A DNA stretch of 51,874 bases from an uncultured Gammaproteobacteria bacterium (GTDB lineage: Bacteria; Pseudomonadota; Gammaproteobacteria; Pseudomonadales; UBA5518), in contig CAJADV010000048.1 of assembly GCA_903938575.1 (NCBI GenBank), positions 1 to 51,874 on the forward strand, written 5' to 3'. Numbering within the stretch: position 1 is the stretch's first letter; the number at the start of each line of letters is the position of its first letter. A model generated the notes under the pieces. That model was not told the origin of the DNA, did no database searches, and worked only from the letters and a program-made list of their open reading frames with translations. The translations under genes and the position numbers were made by a program. Below, piece by piece: positions 27,253 to 37,963 of this stretch.

Positions 27253-28092
27253 TCAGCGGATCATGCCCGCCCGGGAGAAATCCGGGAGACTGAAGAAACT
27301 GTCCCAGTGCATCCAGATGGCAAAAGCCTTGCCGACGACGTTGGCCTCGGGCACCTGACCCCAGACGCGGCTGTCGCTGCTGTTGTCGCGGTTGTCGCCC
27401 ATCATGAAGTAATGCCCCGGCTCTACCGTGATCTCGAAATTGTCGGGTCCGCTGCGCAGCAGCTCCTTGCGCATCACGTGATGCGCGCCGTCCAGATTCT
27501 CCTCGAGGATCTGGTAGGTGGGTGCTGCCGGCGGCATCTGCATCATGAGCTCCTGGGGCGCCTCCTCGCCGTTCACGTAGAGCACCTTGCCGCGGTAGGC
27601 GATGCGGTCACCCGGCAGGCCGATCACACGCTTGATGAAGTACTCGGGGCGGTTGGGCGGAAAGAACACCATCACGTCACCGCGCCGGGGCTGTCCCAGC
27701 TCGATCACCTTGGTGTTCAGCACCGGAAGGCGAATGCCCCAGGTGAACTTGTTGACCAGGATGTAGTCGCCCACCAGCAGCGTGGGAACCATTGAAGACG
27801 AGGGTATCTGGAACGGCTCGAAGAGGAAGCTGCGCAGCACCAGCACCGCGGCCAGCACCGGCAGGAAGGAGCGTGCATATTCCACCGCCAGCGGCTCGCG
27901 CAGGGCCCGCGAGGCCTCTGCGGCATAGCCCAAAGCATCGGCGGAACCCTGCTGCTCCCATCCCGGGAAGCGCTGGCGCAGACCGGCACCGCGTCGGGCC
28001 CGGCGCGGCGCCAGGGCAAGGCGATCGAGCAGCCAGATGGCGAAGGCAACGGCTGTCAGTACGACCAGTATCAGGGGGTAGTTGATATCCAT
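27253..28092 (-). CDS. lepB: signal peptidase I
   Basis: Catalytic boxes PSSSMVPTL, GDYILVNK, RGDVMVF and GDNRDNSSDSR. Confidence 0.95.
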   Translation of the reverse strand: MDINYPLILVVLTAVAFAIWLLDRLALAPRRARRGAGLRQRFPGWEQQGSADALGYAAEASRALREPLAVEYARSFLPVLAAVLVLRSFLFEPFQIPSSSMVPTLLVGDYILVNKFTWGIRLPVLNTKVIELGQPRRGDVMVFFPPNRPEYFIKRVIGLPGDRIAYRGKVLYVNGEEAPQELMMQMPPAAPTYQILEENLDGAHHVMRKELLRSGPDNFEITVEPGHYFMMGDNRDNSSDSRVWGQVPEANVVGKAFAIWMHWDSFFSLPDFSRAGMIR

Positions 28093-28107
28093 GTGTTCCG
28101 GGATCCC

Positions 28108-29907
28108 TCAGGAGTCGACCTTGAGCACGGCAAGGAAGGCCGACTGCGGAATCTCGACGCGACCGACCTGCTTCATGCGCTTCTTGCCCTCTTTCTGCTT
28201 CTCGAGGAGCTTTTTCTTCCGCGTGACGTCGCCGCCGTAACACTTGGCGGTGACGTTCTTGCGCAGCGCCTTGACCGTCTGCCGCGCGATGATGTGCGAA
28301 CCGATCGCCGCCTGTATCGCGACGTCGAACATCTGGCGCGGGATCAGCTCGCGCATTTTCTCGACCAGCGCCCGGCCGCGGTAATGGGCCTGGTCGCGGT
28401 GCACGATGATCGCCAGCGCATCGACTTTCTCGCTATTTATCAGCACGTCAAGCTTGACCAGATTGGCCGCCTGAAAACGCTCGAAGCTGTAGTCGAGAGA
28501 TCCGTAACCACGGGTAAGCGACTTCAGCCGGTCGAAGAAATCGAGCACCACCTCGGAGAGCGGCAACTCCCAGGTAAGCGAGACCTGCCGACCGAGAAAC
28601 TGCATGTCTTTCTGCACGCCGCGCTTCTCGACGCAGAGGTTGATCGCAGCGCCCACATAGTCCTGCGGCACCAGAATGTTCGCGCGCACGATGGGCTCGC
28701 GCATCTCGGCAACGCGCGCCGGATCCGGCAGCCGCGACGGGTTGTCGACCATCACGATCTCGCCGCCGGTGGTCTCGATCTCGTAGACCACGGTGGGTGC
28801 GGTGGTGATCAGGTCGAGATCGTATTCACGCTCGAGACGCTCCTGGATGATCTCCATGTGGAGCATGCCGAGGAATCCGCAGCGAAAACCAAAACCCAGC
28901 GCGTCCGAAGTCTCAGGCTCGTAGAACAGCGAGGCGTCGTTCAGCGTGAGCTTTGCCAGTGCATCTCGAAAGGACTCGTAATCCTCAGAGTTGACCGTGA
29001 ACACGCCCGCATAGACCTGCGGCTTCACCTTCTTGAATCCCGGCAGCGCGGCTACGCCGGGGGTTTTGTTGTGCGTGAGCGTGTCGCCTACCGGCGCGCC
29101 CTGGATGTCCTTGATCCCCGCGACCACGAAACCCACCTCGCCCGCCCGCAGGACGGAGCGCCGCACACGCTTGGGGGTGAAGACCCCGACCTGGTCGACC
29201 TCGTGCGCGCGCCCGATGGACTTGGTGATGATTTTCTCGCCTGGTCGCAGGGTCCCGTTCACCACGCGAACCAGCGAGACTACGCCGAGATAGCTGTCGA
29301 ACCAAGAATCCACGATGAGCGCCTGGAGCGGCGCATCGGGATCACCCTTGGGCGGCGGGATAACGCGAACCAGCTCCTCCAGCAACTCGTCCACCCCGAG
29401 CCCGCTCTTCGCGCTCACGCGGCAGGCATCCGTGGCGTCGATGCCGATGATCTCCTCGATCTCCTTGATGACGCGCTCGGGCTCTGCCTGCGGCAGATCC
29501 ATCTTGTTCAGGACCGGGAGCACCTCCAGACCCTGCTCGATCGCCGTATAGCAGTTGGCGACGGACTGCGCCTCCACTCCCTGCGCCGCATCGACCACCA
29601 GCAAGGCGCCCTCGCAGGCTGCCAGCGAACGCGAGACCTCGTAGGCGAAGTCCACGTGCCCGGGGGTATCGATGAAATTCAACTGGTAAGTGAGGCCGTC
29701 GCGCGCGATGTAGTCAAGGGTGACACTCTGGGCCTTGATGGTGATGCCGCGCTCGCGCTCGATGTCCATCGAGTCGAGGACCTGCGCCTGCATCTCGCGC
29801 TCACTCAGGCCTCCGCAGGTCTGGATGAAGCGATCAGCCAGCGTGGATTTGCCGTGATCGATATGAGCGATGATCGAAAAATTGCGGATATGGGAGAGGG
29901 CAGTCAC
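28108..29907 (-). CDS. lepA: elongation factor 4 (LepA)
   Basis: [29 protein letters not shown] and a conserved LepA C-terminus. GTG start at 29907. Confidence 0.96.
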   Translation of the reverse strand: MTALSHIRNFSIIAHIDHGKSTLADRFIQTCGGLSEREMQAQVLDSMDIERERGITIKAQSVTLDYIARDGLTYQLNFIDTPGHVDFAYEVSRSLAACEGALLVVDAAQGVEAQSVANCYTAIEQGLEVLPVLNKMDLPQAEPERVIKEIEEIIGIDATDACRVSAKSGLGVDELLEELVRVIPPPKGDPDAPLQALIVDSWFDSYLGVVSLVRVVNGTLRPGEKIITKSIGRAHEVDQVGVFTPKRVRRSVLRAGEVGFVVAGIKDIQGAPVGDTLTHNKTPGVAALPGFKKVKPQVYAGVFTVNSEDYESFRDALAKLTLNDASLFYEPETSDALGFGFRCGFLGMLHMEIIQERLEREYDLDLITTAPTVVYEIETTGGEIVMVDNPSRLPDPARVAEMREPIVRANILVPQDYVGAAINLCVEKRGVQKDMQFLGRQVSLTWELPLSEVVLDFFDRLKSLTRGYGSLDYSFERFQAANLVKLDVLINSEKVDALAIIVHRDQAHYRGRALVEKMRELIPRQMFDVAIQAAIGSHIIARQTVKALRKNVTAKCYGGDVTRKKKLLEKQKEGKKRMKQVGRVEIPQSAFLAVLKVDS

Positions 29908-30017
29908 GAGCGCATCACCACGTGCCGGGGAGGGGAATTGGTCAGCCGACTACTCTACGTGAGAGCAGCCCGGCTGGCCCCGTTCCGGAGCGCGCAATAC
30001 TACCCGAGGGCCCGTCC

Positions 30018-31424
30018 TCACTCTTCGATTCGCAGCGCAATGAACCCCGCCTGGCCGCGCCGGATCAGGCGCAGCGGCACATGGATATTGGCCGGGAGCG
30101 CATCGACGATCGACTCGAAGTCAGCCGTACTCCTGACCGGCTCATTACCCACCTGAGCGATGATGTCTCCCGGCATGAGCCCGGCGCGAGCAGCAGCCTT
30201 GCCCGGCAAGACGCTGCGCACGACCACGCCGCCGGCAAGCCGCATGCGGGCTTTCTGCTGATCGCTCAAGTCCTCCACCTCGAGGCCTATGCGGTCTCCG
30301 GCCCCTCCAGCGGCGGCGATATCCCGCGGCTCATCGCCGGCGAGTTTGCCAACCTCCACATCAAGGCTCCGCGGCTTGCCCTCACGGAAGAGCTTCACCG
30401 CGACCCGGGTACCGGGCTTGATCAGGCCGACCGCATGCGGCAGATCGGCGGACTCACCGACCTCCCGCCCATCAAGCTCGACGATCACGTCACCGACCTT
30501 GATGCCGGCCTTCTCGGCCGGGCCGCCAGGTTCCAGCTGGGAGATCAGGGCTCCCATCGGGCGGTCGAGGCCGAAACTTTCAGCGAGGTTGCGATCGACA
30601 TCCTGGATGCCTACACCAAGCCAGCCGCGGACTACCGCGCCGGTCTCGCGCAACTGCTGCGCCACATCGCGCGCAACCTCGATGGGAATGGCGAAGGACA
30701 AGCCGATCGAGCCACCCGAGCGCGTGTAGATCTGCGAGTTGATGCCAATCACCTCCCCTTTCAGGTTGAACAGCGGTCCGCCCGAGTTACCCGGGTTGAT
30801 GGCTACATCGGTCTGGATGAATGGCACATAGTTGTCGCCCGTCTCGGTCGGGAGGCTGCGACCGCGCGCACTCACGATGCCTGCGCTAACCGAGTAGTCG
30901 AGCCCGAAGGGTGAGCCAATGGCCAGCACCCACTCACCAACCTCTATGGCCTCGGAGTCACCAAGCGTGACTGTCTGTAGGCCCGTAGCATCGATTTTGA
31001 GCAGCGCTAAATCGCTGCGCTTGTCACTGCCGATCACCTTGGCCTCGAACTCGCGACGGTCATTGAGCCGGACCGTCACCGAGTCGGCGCCATCGACCAC
31101 GTGGTGATTGGTGAGGATGTAGCCATCTTGCGAGGTGATGAACCCCGAGCCCATAGCCTGGCGCTCGCGCGGCTCGCGCTGGCCACGCTGCTCCAAGAGA
31201 TGGCGAAAGATATCGGGCAACTGTTCGAGCTGGCGAGGGTCGATGTCCTGCGGCGTGCCGCCCGCCCCCTGCTGAGCCCGCTGTGAGCTCAGAATTTTGA
31301 CGACCGCACCGGAATTCTGCCGAACGATCTGTCTGAAGTCCGGCAGATCGGCAGCCTGCAACGGAGCAGCAGAGAGCAACGCAAGGGCGAACACAGCGAC
31401 GACAACAGACCAGACACGCTTCAT
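30018..31424 (-). CDS. mucD: periplasmic serine endoprotease, DegP/MucD family
   Basis: Signal peptide, HVV..., GNSGGPLFN catalytic Ser and two PDZ-like regions. ATG 31424 has GGAG 6 nt upstream. Confidence 0.9.
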   Translation of the reverse strand: MKRVWSVVVAVFALALLSAAPLQAADLPDFRQIVRQNSGAVVKILSSQRAQQGAGGTPQDIDPRQLEQLPDIFRHLLEQRGQREPRERQAMGSGFITSQDGYILTNHHVVDGADSVTVRLNDRREFEAKVIGSDKRSDLALLKIDATGLQTVTLGDSEAIEVGEWVLAIGSPFGLDYSVSAGIVSARGRSLPTETGDNYVPFIQTDVAINPGNSGGPLFNLKGEVIGINSQIYTRSGGSIGLSFAIPIEVARDVAQQLRETGAVVRGWLGVGIQDVDRNLAESFGLDRPMGALISQLEPGGPAEKAGIKVGDVIVELDGREVGESADLPHAVGLIKPGTRVAVKLFREGKPRSLDVEVGKLAGDEPRDIAAAGGAGDRIGLEVEDLSDQQKARMRLAGGVVVRSVLPGKAAARAGLMPGDIIAQVGNEPVRSTADFESIVDALPANIHVPLRLIRRGQAGFIALRIEE

Positions 31425-31455
31425 GGCGACTCCGTAGAACGGGAACAAAAGGGAC

Positions 31456-32388
31456 TCAGGGGGCGGCGAAACTCACGGCATTGGCAACCAGGCGAGCGGT
31501 TTCGGGGGGAATCTCGCCAACCACCGTGACCACGCCCTCGGGCAGCCGCGGGGTGACATAGGCTACTGTCGCCCCCTGTGCGGCCTGGCCCGGGCCCGTC
31601 ACGTCGGCGTCGGACTGGTGTTCGACAAACACACTGAACACCGCAAGGCCATCGGTGAACATACGGGTCTCGACCTCCAGGCCGGAGTCGCCCTGGCGGC
31701 GCTCCCGGGCGCTCTCGGCGAAGCCCGGCGGCAGCCAGGACACGCTCCAGGAAAAACTTTTCGCCTCATCGTTGTGCAAGACGGCATGCGAGGCATCGAT
31801 CCGAGCGCCGGGCGCAGTGCTAAACATCTCAGCCGCGGGAATGGCTCCACCAACGACCAGCTCGACGAACTGGACACGCTCCAGCACCCGGCCCGCTCCA
31901 TCGGTGGTCTCGGCCTTCAGAGGCAGCGCACTGTCGGTGTCTAGCACCAGAGTCATGCCGTAGCGGTAGGGATCGCGCGGGCTGATCCGCAGGCGCCGAC
32001 CCTCACGGTTGGCTATGCGCTCGGTGCCATCCATTTCGACGGCATAAAACTGCGCGATCCCGGGGTTCGACAGCGAGGCAGCCGCGGCCGGTGACGACAA
32101 CAAACGGTGGCCGGCATGCTCGCAGTCGAGCGGGTGCTGCATCCGCAGAAACTCCCGGCCTGCGCCGTCCAGATCCTGCAGCCTCTCCTGTTCCACGCCA
32201 TCAACGACGGTGTGCACGATGCGCGCAGAACTGGTGCGCTGGCCTTCCTGATACGTGAATACCCCGTGGTAGTTGGTTCCGCGCACGTTGCGGGCCATGA
32301 GCTCCAGCAGCGGAAAGGCCGCTTCGCCGGCAAACGCGGCACTGGTACCAAGCAGCAGGGAGATCGCGCCGCAGACCCGGGCCTTCAT
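31456..32388 (-). CDS. rseB: sigma-E regulatory protein RseB/MucB
   Basis: Signal peptide MKARVCGAISLLLGTSAAFA, then LLELMARNVRGTNYHGVFTYQEG, which is typical of RseB/MucB. It follows rseA directly. Confidence 0.85.
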   Translation of the reverse strand: MKARVCGAISLLLGTSAAFAGEAAFPLLELMARNVRGTNYHGVFTYQEGQRTSSARIVHTVVDGVEQERLQDLDGAGREFLRMQHPLDCEHAGHRLLSSPAAAASLSNPGIAQFYAVEMDGTERIANREGRRLRISPRDPYRYGMTLVLDTDSALPLKAETTDGAGRVLERVQFVELVVGGAIPAAEMFSTAPGARIDASHAVLHNDEAKSFSWSVSWLPPGFAESARERRQGDSGLEVETRMFTDGLAVFSVFVEHQSDADVTGPGQAAQGATVAYVTPRLPEGVVTVVGEIPPETARLVANAVSFAAP

Positions 32389-32392
32389 GGGC

Positions 32393-33037
32393 TCAGGGCT
32401 GCTCGGAGGAATCGACACGAACAAAGGGGATCATGCCTTGCGGGCCATTGAAGGAAGCGTTCTGGGCGTGATCGAGCATGAACATCCGGAGCCTGAGCTC
32501 TGCGGCACGGTCGACGCCGGAACCGGCCGGCGGCAGCGGCGAACCGAGGCCCACGGGCATCGCACCGCCGCGCGCGAGCATGGGCACCATGGCCGGTGCA
32601 CCCAGGCTACCCAGGGCCATTCCTGAGGCCGCCACGGCGTTACCGGCAAATCCCGCGGGAGAACCCGCGTCCGCGAGCATGCGGGTACCGAGCACTGTCA
32701 CAAGGCAGACCGAGGCCGCTACAGCAGCGCCACCGGCCCAGGTGCGCCAGCGGGCAACAGCCCCGGAGGCAGCCAGAGGCGCCTCGTCGTGCAAGGCCGC
32801 CAGAACGGCGGCCGTCAGCTCAGGCGGACACAAAGCGGAGGCCTCGCGACGCATGACCGCACGCACCGTGTAATGGCGCTCGACAAGACCCCTGACCTCC
32901 GGGTCTTCGAGGGAGTCAAGCAGACGCCGGATTTCGAAATCACTCGCCTCGCCATCGACGAGGGCCGAGACCATTTCTCGCAGGGGTTCTGTCGTTCTTG
33001 ACAAGGCTTTCTCGCCTCCCGGTTCGTTACCCTTCAT
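32393..33037 (-). CDS. rseA: anti-sigma-E factor RseA/MucA
   Basis: MVSALVDGEASDFEIRRLL...HYTVRAVMRRE is an RseA N-domain pattern. There is a central TM segment. ATG 33037 has a GAGGAGG RBS. Confidence 0.85.
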   Translation of the reverse strand: MKGNEPGGEKALSRTTEPLREMVSALVDGEASDFEIRRLLDSLEDPEVRGLVERHYTVRAVMRREASALCPPELTAAVLAALHDEAPLAASGAVARWRTWAGGAAVAASVCLVTVLGTRMLADAGSPAGFAGNAVAASGMALGSLGAPAMVPMLARGGAMPVGLGSPLPPAGSGVDRAAELRLRMFMLDHAQNASFNGPQGMIPFVRVDSSEQP

Positions 33038-33056
33038 CGGATACCTCCTCCGCGAA

Positions 33057-33644
33057 TTAGTTCCCTGGCAGCAGGGGTAGAATTTCCGCGTCGACCGCCT
33101 CACGCGCCCGGAAGATCCGGGAGCGCACGGTGCCGACCGGGCATTGCATCGCCTCGGCGATCTCTTCGTAACTCAATCCGTCGAACTCGCGCAGGGTGAG
33201 TGCGACCCGCAGATCCTCCGGCAGACGACGCATGGCCTCTTCGATAGCCTGGCGCAACTGCTCGGTCATCAGCTGGCTTTCGGGGCCGTCGATGTCGCGT
33301 AACGCCCAGCCCCCATCGACCTGCTCGGCGTCTTCGATGTCGATATCCGCGCCGGGCGGTCGGCGCGATCGCGCGACCAGATAATTCTTTGCGGTATTGA
33401 TCGCGATCCGGTAGAGCCAGGTGTAGAACGCGCTCTCGCCGCGGAAAGAACCGAGCGCCCGGTAGGCCTTGATGAAAGCCTCCTGCACGACATCCTGCAC
33501 CTCGTCGGGATCGCGCACGAAACGCGATGCGAGGGAATGGATGCGGTGGCGGTACTTGAGAAACAGCACATCAAAGGCGCGCCGGTCGCCCTGCTGCACG
33601 CGAACAACGAGCTGCGCGTCGCTGTCGTCGGCGGGAAGCATCAT
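33057..33644 (-). CDS. rpoE: RNA polymerase sigma factor RpoE/AlgU (ECF sigma-24)
   Basis: DAQLVVRVQQGDRRAFDVLFLKYRHRI..., region 2 FYTWLYRIAINTAKN and region 4 LREFDGLSYEEIAEAMQCPVGTVRSRIFRAREA. The start is ATGATG at 33644. The 423-aa track ORF is an artefactual extension. Confidence 0.95.
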   Translation of the reverse strand: MMLPADDSDAQLVVRVQQGDRRAFDVLFLKYRHRIHSLASRFVRDPDEVQDVVQEAFIKAYRALGSFRGESAFYTWLYRIAINTAKNYLVARSRRPPGADIDIEDAEQVDGGWALRDIDGPESQLMTEQLRQAIEEAMRRLPEDLRVALTLREFDGLSYEEIAEAMQCPVGTVRSRIFRAREAVDAEILPLLPGN

Positions 33645-33808
33645 GCCCGCATGCCGGGCATGGATGTCTCGGGGCGCACCGGCTCGGTGGACATGCAGCG
33701 GCCCGACTCCCCGGGGTGATGTGACGCCGTGACTATACGGCCTGCGGCAGACCCCGAAAAGGCCGGAATCCCTACGCGAAACGCGGAATCGGGGAGCTGG
33801 CAGCGCTG

Positions 33809-33817
33809 TGCTATATT
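33809..33817 (+). promoter_or_regulatory. candidate extended -10 element for nadB
   Basis: TGcTATATT lies 27 nt upstream of the nadB ATG. No good -35 element. Pattern recognition only. Confidence 0.3.
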
Positions 33818-33843
33818 CCGGCCTCATTCCAGCGGGCCACTCC

Positions 33844-35418
33844 ATGCCACGGCGATACTCCCACGACGTGCTGGTGATAGGCAGCGGCGCTGCAGGATTG
33901 AGTGTAGCGATCCAGATTGCAGCGCACGCCCGCGTGGCGGTCATCTGCAAGGGCAAATTAGACGAGGGCTCCACAGCCTGGGCGCAGGGTGGCATCGCCG
34001 CGGTGCTCGATGACACCGACAGCATCGACGCCCATGTGGAAGACACGCTCCGCGCAGGCGCCGGACTCTGCCATGAGGATGTGGTCCGCTTTACCGTGAG
34101 CCACAGCCGCGAGAGCATCCAGTGGCTGGTCGATCTGGGCGTCGGCTTCACCAAACTGGTCACGCCTGATGGCAATGAAGATTTCCACCTCACCATGGAA
34201 GGTGGGCATAGCCACCGCCGTATCATCCATGCAGCCGACGCCACGGGTCGGGCGGTCTCCGACACCCTGAGCGGGCAGGTCCGCCGCCACGAATCGATCG
34301 AGGTCTTCGAGCAGCACATCGCCGTCAACCTGATAACCCGTGACGGACGGTGCTGCGGGGCCTACGTCCTGGACATCGAGAAAAATTCCGTCGATCTGTT
34401 CGCGGCACCTTTCGTGGTGCTGGCCACGGGCGGCGCGAGCAAGGCCTATCTCTACACCACCAACCCCGATACCGCGACGGGCGACGGGATCGCCATGGCC
34501 TGGCGGGCCGGTTGCCGTGTGGCGAACCTCGAGTTCAACCAGTTCCATCCCACCTGTCTCTATCATCCGCGAGCCAAGAGCTTTCTGGTGTCCGAGGCGG
34601 TGCGCGGCGAGGGCGGCGTGCTGCGCCTGCCGGGTGGGGAGCGTTTCATGGATCGCTTCCACCCGCAGGCCGAACTCGCCCCGCGCGACATCGTTGCCCG
34701 CGCTATCGACCACGAGATGAAGCGCCTGGGCATCGACTGCGTCTACCTCGATATCACGCACAAGGGCGAGGCCTTCATTCGCGAGCACTTCCCGACCATC
34801 CATGCCCGCTGCCTGGAACTTGGCTTCGACATGTCGCGCGAGGCGCTGCCGGTGGTGCCCGCCGCGCACTACACCTGCGGCGGCGTGCTTATAGACCTGC
34901 AGGGCCAGACCGATGTGCCCGGTCTGTACGCGGCCGGCGAGACAGCATTTACCGGGTTACATGGCGCCAACCGCATGGCCAGCAACTCGCTGCTCGAGTG
35001 TTTCGTCTTCGCGCGCGCTGCGGCGCAGAGCATCGCCGCGCAACTCGGCTCGGTCTCGTCACCGTCCGGGATACCCGACTGGGATGCCTCGCAGGTGCGC
35101 GATTCCGACGAGGATGTGGTGATCTCGCACAACTGGGACGAGCTGCGCCGCTTCATGTGGGATTACGTCGGTATCGTGCGAACCACCAAACGGCTGCGAC
35201 GCGCTCAGAACCGCGCCCATCTGTTGCAGTTGGAGATCGCCGAGTACTACAGCAACTACCGCATCACCGCGGATCTGGTGGAGTTGCGCAACCTGGCGCT
35301 GGTGGCAGAACTGATCATCGCCAGCGCGCTCGAGCGGCGCGAGAGCCGTGGCCTGCACTACACACTCGATTACCCGCAGACCTCAGCGCAGGCCCTCGAC
35401 ACCATCCTCACGCCCTGA
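33844..35418 (+). CDS. nadB: L-aspartate oxidase
   Basis: FAD motif [20 protein letters not shown] and HYTCGGV. It is divergent from rpoE, as in E. coli. Confidence 0.95.
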   Translation: MPRRYSHDVLVIGSGAAGLSVAIQIAAHARVAVICKGKLDEGSTAWAQGGIAAVLDDTDSIDAHVEDTLRAGAGLCHEDVVRFTVSHSRESIQWLVDLGVGFTKLVTPDGNEDFHLTMEGGHSHRRIIHAADATGRAVSDTLSGQVRRHESIEVFEQHIAVNLITRDGRCCGAYVLDIEKNSVDLFAAPFVVLATGGASKAYLYTTNPDTATGDGIAMAWRAGCRVANLEFNQFHPTCLYHPRAKSFLVSEAVRGEGGVLRLPGGERFMDRFHPQAELAPRDIVARAIDHEMKRLGIDCVYLDITHKGEAFIREHFPTIHARCLELGFDMSREALPVVPAAHYTCGGVLIDLQGQTDVPGLYAAGETAFTGLHGANRMASNSLLECFVFARAAAQSIAAQLGSVSSPSGIPDWDASQVRDSDEDVVISHNWDELRRFMWDYVGIVRTTKRLRRAQNRAHLLQLEIAEYYSNYRITADLVELRNLALVAELIIASALERRESRGLHYTLDYPQTSAQALDTILTP

Positions 35419-35826
35419 TCGCGTCTCGCAGAGTCGCAGCCGCGTCCGCAGCCGACGCAGGTCTGCGTGCATGGCCGAATCCGGCAACAGCACCAGCGAC
35501 CGCACCCCATCAGCGCAGCGCAGTCGCAGCACGACCATCCACGACCACACCGTACTGTCGGGCAGCAGGGCAACGGCCTGCGACTCGCCATCGTGCCGCA
35601 GGCTCCAGGCACCCGCCCGCGCCTCGAGAGCGAGTTCACCGCGCCACCAGACCACGGGCCAGGCCCGCAGCAGACTGAAGAAGACGAACAAGGCAAGCAC
35701 CGCACGCAACCAATCGGGAAGGTTTGCGCACCAGGGTGCGGCGAGGGCGGCCGCGTGCAGCAACAGCAACGCGAGCAGCAGCCGCCGCGAGGGGCTAAGG
35801 GGTATTCGCAGTTCGGGCCCGTCCAT
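35383..35826 (-). CDS. ygfX: YgfX (CptA)-like inner-membrane protein
   Basis: [20 protein letters not shown], two TM segments and ...MVVLRLR...[18 protein letters not shown] parallel E. coli YgfX. It lies directly downstream of sdhE. Its 3' end overlaps the nadB 3' end by 36 nt. Confidence 0.7.
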   Translation of the reverse strand: MDGPELRIPLSPSRRLLLALLLLHAAALAAPWCANLPDWLRAVLALFVFFSLLRAWPVVWWRGELALEARAGAWSLRHDGESQAVALLPDSTVWSWMVVLRLRCADGVRSLVLLPDSAMHADLRRLRTRLRLCETRSGREDGVEGLR

Positions 35827-36064
35827 AGGCCAGGATGCTCTCCACGGTGGCGTCGAGTAAGGGGTCGGGGGCCGCAGCCCGGTGCATCAGCCAGTCGAAG
35901 ATATCGGTGTCCTCGGCCTCCAGCAAGCGGCGGTAGGTCAGTTGTTCCTCCGGCGCGAGGCCGGGGTACCGGAACTCCGCGAAGGGCATCAGCACGAGAT
36001 CGAGTTCGAGCATGCCGCGGCGACTGTGCCAGTAGACGCGCTGATTCTCTGCAGACGTGTCCAT
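35795..36064 (-). CDS. sdhE: FAD assembly factor SdhE (YgfY/CptB)
   Basis: The RVYWHSRRGMLELDLVL...F motif (RGxxE) and EDTDIFDWL are typical of SdhE. ATG 36064. Confidence 0.88.
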   Translation of the reverse strand: MDTSAENQRVYWHSRRGMLELDLVLMPFAEFRYPGLAPEEQLTYRRLLEAEDTDIFDWLMHRAAAPDPLLDATVESILAYGRARTANTP

Positions 36065-36133
36065 GGCAGGCGATCTCCGGGAAGTCATGAAACGTGGCTA
36101 TTATACGGGCGTCGCTGTCCTCCGGGCCTGTAC

Positions 36134-37057
36134 ATGACCAATCTCGCACCCGTCTCCGCAACAGCATGCCTGATATCCCTCGAGAGTTACGGATTCCTGT
36201 CTGTCGAGGGCGCGCGTGCTGCGGAATTCCTTCAGGGGCAGCTCACCTGCGACCTGCGCCAGGCGAGCGCGGAGCACGCGATCGGCGGGGCCTGGTGCAC
36301 GCCCAAGGGCCGCGTGGTTTGCAGCTTCCTGCTGTGGCAGGCCTCGGCCGAGCAGGTGCTGCTGCGGCTGCGTGCGGATCTGCTGCAGTCAACCCTCGTG
36401 CAGCTATCCCGCTACGGAGCTCTCTCGCGGGTTCGCATTGTCGAGGCGCCGATGCGCTGCCTCGGCATCCTCGGCGAGCCCTCCACGGCGGCACGGGCAG
36501 CGCTCGCGCAAACCTGGCCTGCCGAGGCAGACCACCTCAGGCCAGTGGAGGGTGGTGTGTTGCTCCGGGCCGATGCCGCCGGACAGCGCCACGAACTCTG
36601 GCTCGATCCGCAGGCTGCGGTGCACTGGGCCGGGCGCCTGGCAGAGTTGCTCCCCGGAGGCAGCGAGAGCGACTGGCGCCTTGCGCTGGTGCGCGCGAAT
36701 GCCGCCGAGATCCAGGCTGCCACCCGCGAACTTTTCCTGCCGCAGATGCTGCGCTACGACACTAACGGCAGCGTGAGCTTCCGCAAGGGCTGCTATACGG
36801 GACAGGAAATCGTGGCGCGCACGCATTACAAGGGAGGCGTCAAACGTCATCTGCAGCACCTGACAGGCGCAGCGAGCCCACCACCCCCGGGCAGCAGTCT
36901 GATCGCGGGCACTCAGCCTGCGGGAACCGTGGTCGAGTCGGCGCCGGACGGGCGTGGTGGCTGCGAGGTGCTTGCCGTACTGGCCGACGAACTCGCAACC
37001 GGACCCTCGGGAGCATTCCTGAGCGAGGCCGGAGACACACTTCGTTTGCCGGCCTGA
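36134..37057 (+). CDS. ygfZ: folate-binding Fe-S cluster repair/tRNA-modification protein YgfZ
   Basis: GFLSVEGARAAEFLQGQLTCDL and the C-terminal FRKGCYTGQEIVARTHYKG signature. It is divergent from sdhE, as in E. coli. Confidence 0.9.
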   Translation: MTNLAPVSATACLISLESYGFLSVEGARAAEFLQGQLTCDLRQASAEHAIGGAWCTPKGRVVCSFLLWQASAEQVLLRLRADLLQSTLVQLSRYGALSRVRIVEAPMRCLGILGEPSTAARAALAQTWPAEADHLRPVEGGVLLRADAAGQRHELWLDPQAAVHWAGRLAELLPGGSESDWRLALVRANAAEIQAATRELFLPQMLRYDTNGSVSFRKGCYTGQEIVARTHYKGGVKRHLQHLTGAASPPPPGSSLIAGTQPAGTVVESAPDGRGGCEVLAVLADELATGPSGAFLSEAGDTLRLPA

Positions 37058-37126
37058 CAACCGGGTAGGTATGATCTCGGCGCGCGCTGCGACCTACCTC
37101 TGCAGCAACGCCCAAAGGAGATGCCC

Positions 37127-37963
37127 ATGTCGAGCCTGGTCGATGAGATCCGCGCTCAGCTGATCGAAGCCATCAAGAACAATCGCATCGTGCTGCCGAC
37201 GCTCCCCGAGGTGGCGCTGCGCATACGCGATGCCGCCGAGGATCCACGCTCAGACATCGCCTCCTTCGCCCGTGAACTCGGCTTCGATGCGGCGCTGTCG
37301 GCCCGAGTGATCCGGGTGGCAAACAGCCCGCTGATGCGCGGCAATTCGCCAGTCACGGACGTCAAGGGTGCCGCGGCCCGACTCGGCATCCAGTATTCCT
37401 GCAACCTGGCGGTCGGCCTTGCCATGGAACAGATGTTCCAGGCCACCTCGGATGCCATCGACGAGCGCATGCGCCAGATCTGGGCCCACAGCACCGAGGT
37501 AGCCGGTATCAGCGCCGTGCTCGCGCGAACCTACACCCGCCTGAAGCCCGACCAGGTGATGCTCGCCGGCCTGGTGCACCGGATCGGCGCGCTGCCGATC
37601 CTCCGTTTCGCCGAAGAAGACCGCAACCTGCTGAAAGATCTTGATGTCCTCGATGAACTCATCGAGGCGCTGCACGGCGAGATCGGCAAACTCATCCTCG
37701 ACACCTGGGCCTTCCCCCCGGAGATCGCGACAGTCCCGTTGTCCTACCTCGATTTCGCGCGCAAGCCGGCTGCCGTGGATATCACCGACATCGTGATGGT
37801 GGCCAACCTGCAGAGCTACATGGGCTCCTCGCATCCGCTGGCCACGCTCGACTGGACAACCGTCAGCGCCTTCGGTCGCATCGGCCTCGATCCGAACGTG
37901 AGTTCGATGGAGGCCGAGGATCTGAGCGAAGCCATGGCCGCGAGCATCGCCGCGCTTCAGTAG
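37127..37963 (+). CDS. HDOD domain-containing protein
   Basis: [18 protein letters not shown]...[11 protein letters not shown]...GLVHRIG matches the HDOD pattern. ATG 37127 has AAGGAG 6 nt upstream (alternative ATG at 37121). Confidence 0.82.
   Translation: MSSLVDEIRAQLIEAIKNNRIVLPTLPEVALRIRDAAEDPRSDIASFARELGFDAALSARVIRVANSPLMRGNSPVTDVKGAAARLGIQYSCNLAVGLAMEQMFQATSDAIDERMRQIWAHSTEVAGISAVLARTYTRLKPDQVMLAGLVHRIGALPILRFAEEDRNLLKDLDVLDELIEALHGEIGKLILDTWAFPPEIATVPLSYLDFARKPAAVDITDIVMVANLQSYMGSSHPLATLDWTTVSAFGRIGLDPNVSSMEAEDLSEAMAASIAALQ

Noticed and set aside
28093-30156. 687-aa + strand ORF opposite lepA
   Set aside because: LepA GTPase motifs are on the - strand. The + strand ORF is a shadow frame.
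33645-34328. N-terminal 228-aa extension of the rpoE ORF (423-aa track ORF)
   Set aside because: The extension overlaps nadB on the opposite strand and has no sigma-factor similarity. ATGATG at 33644 gives a canonical ~195-aa ECF sigma factor.
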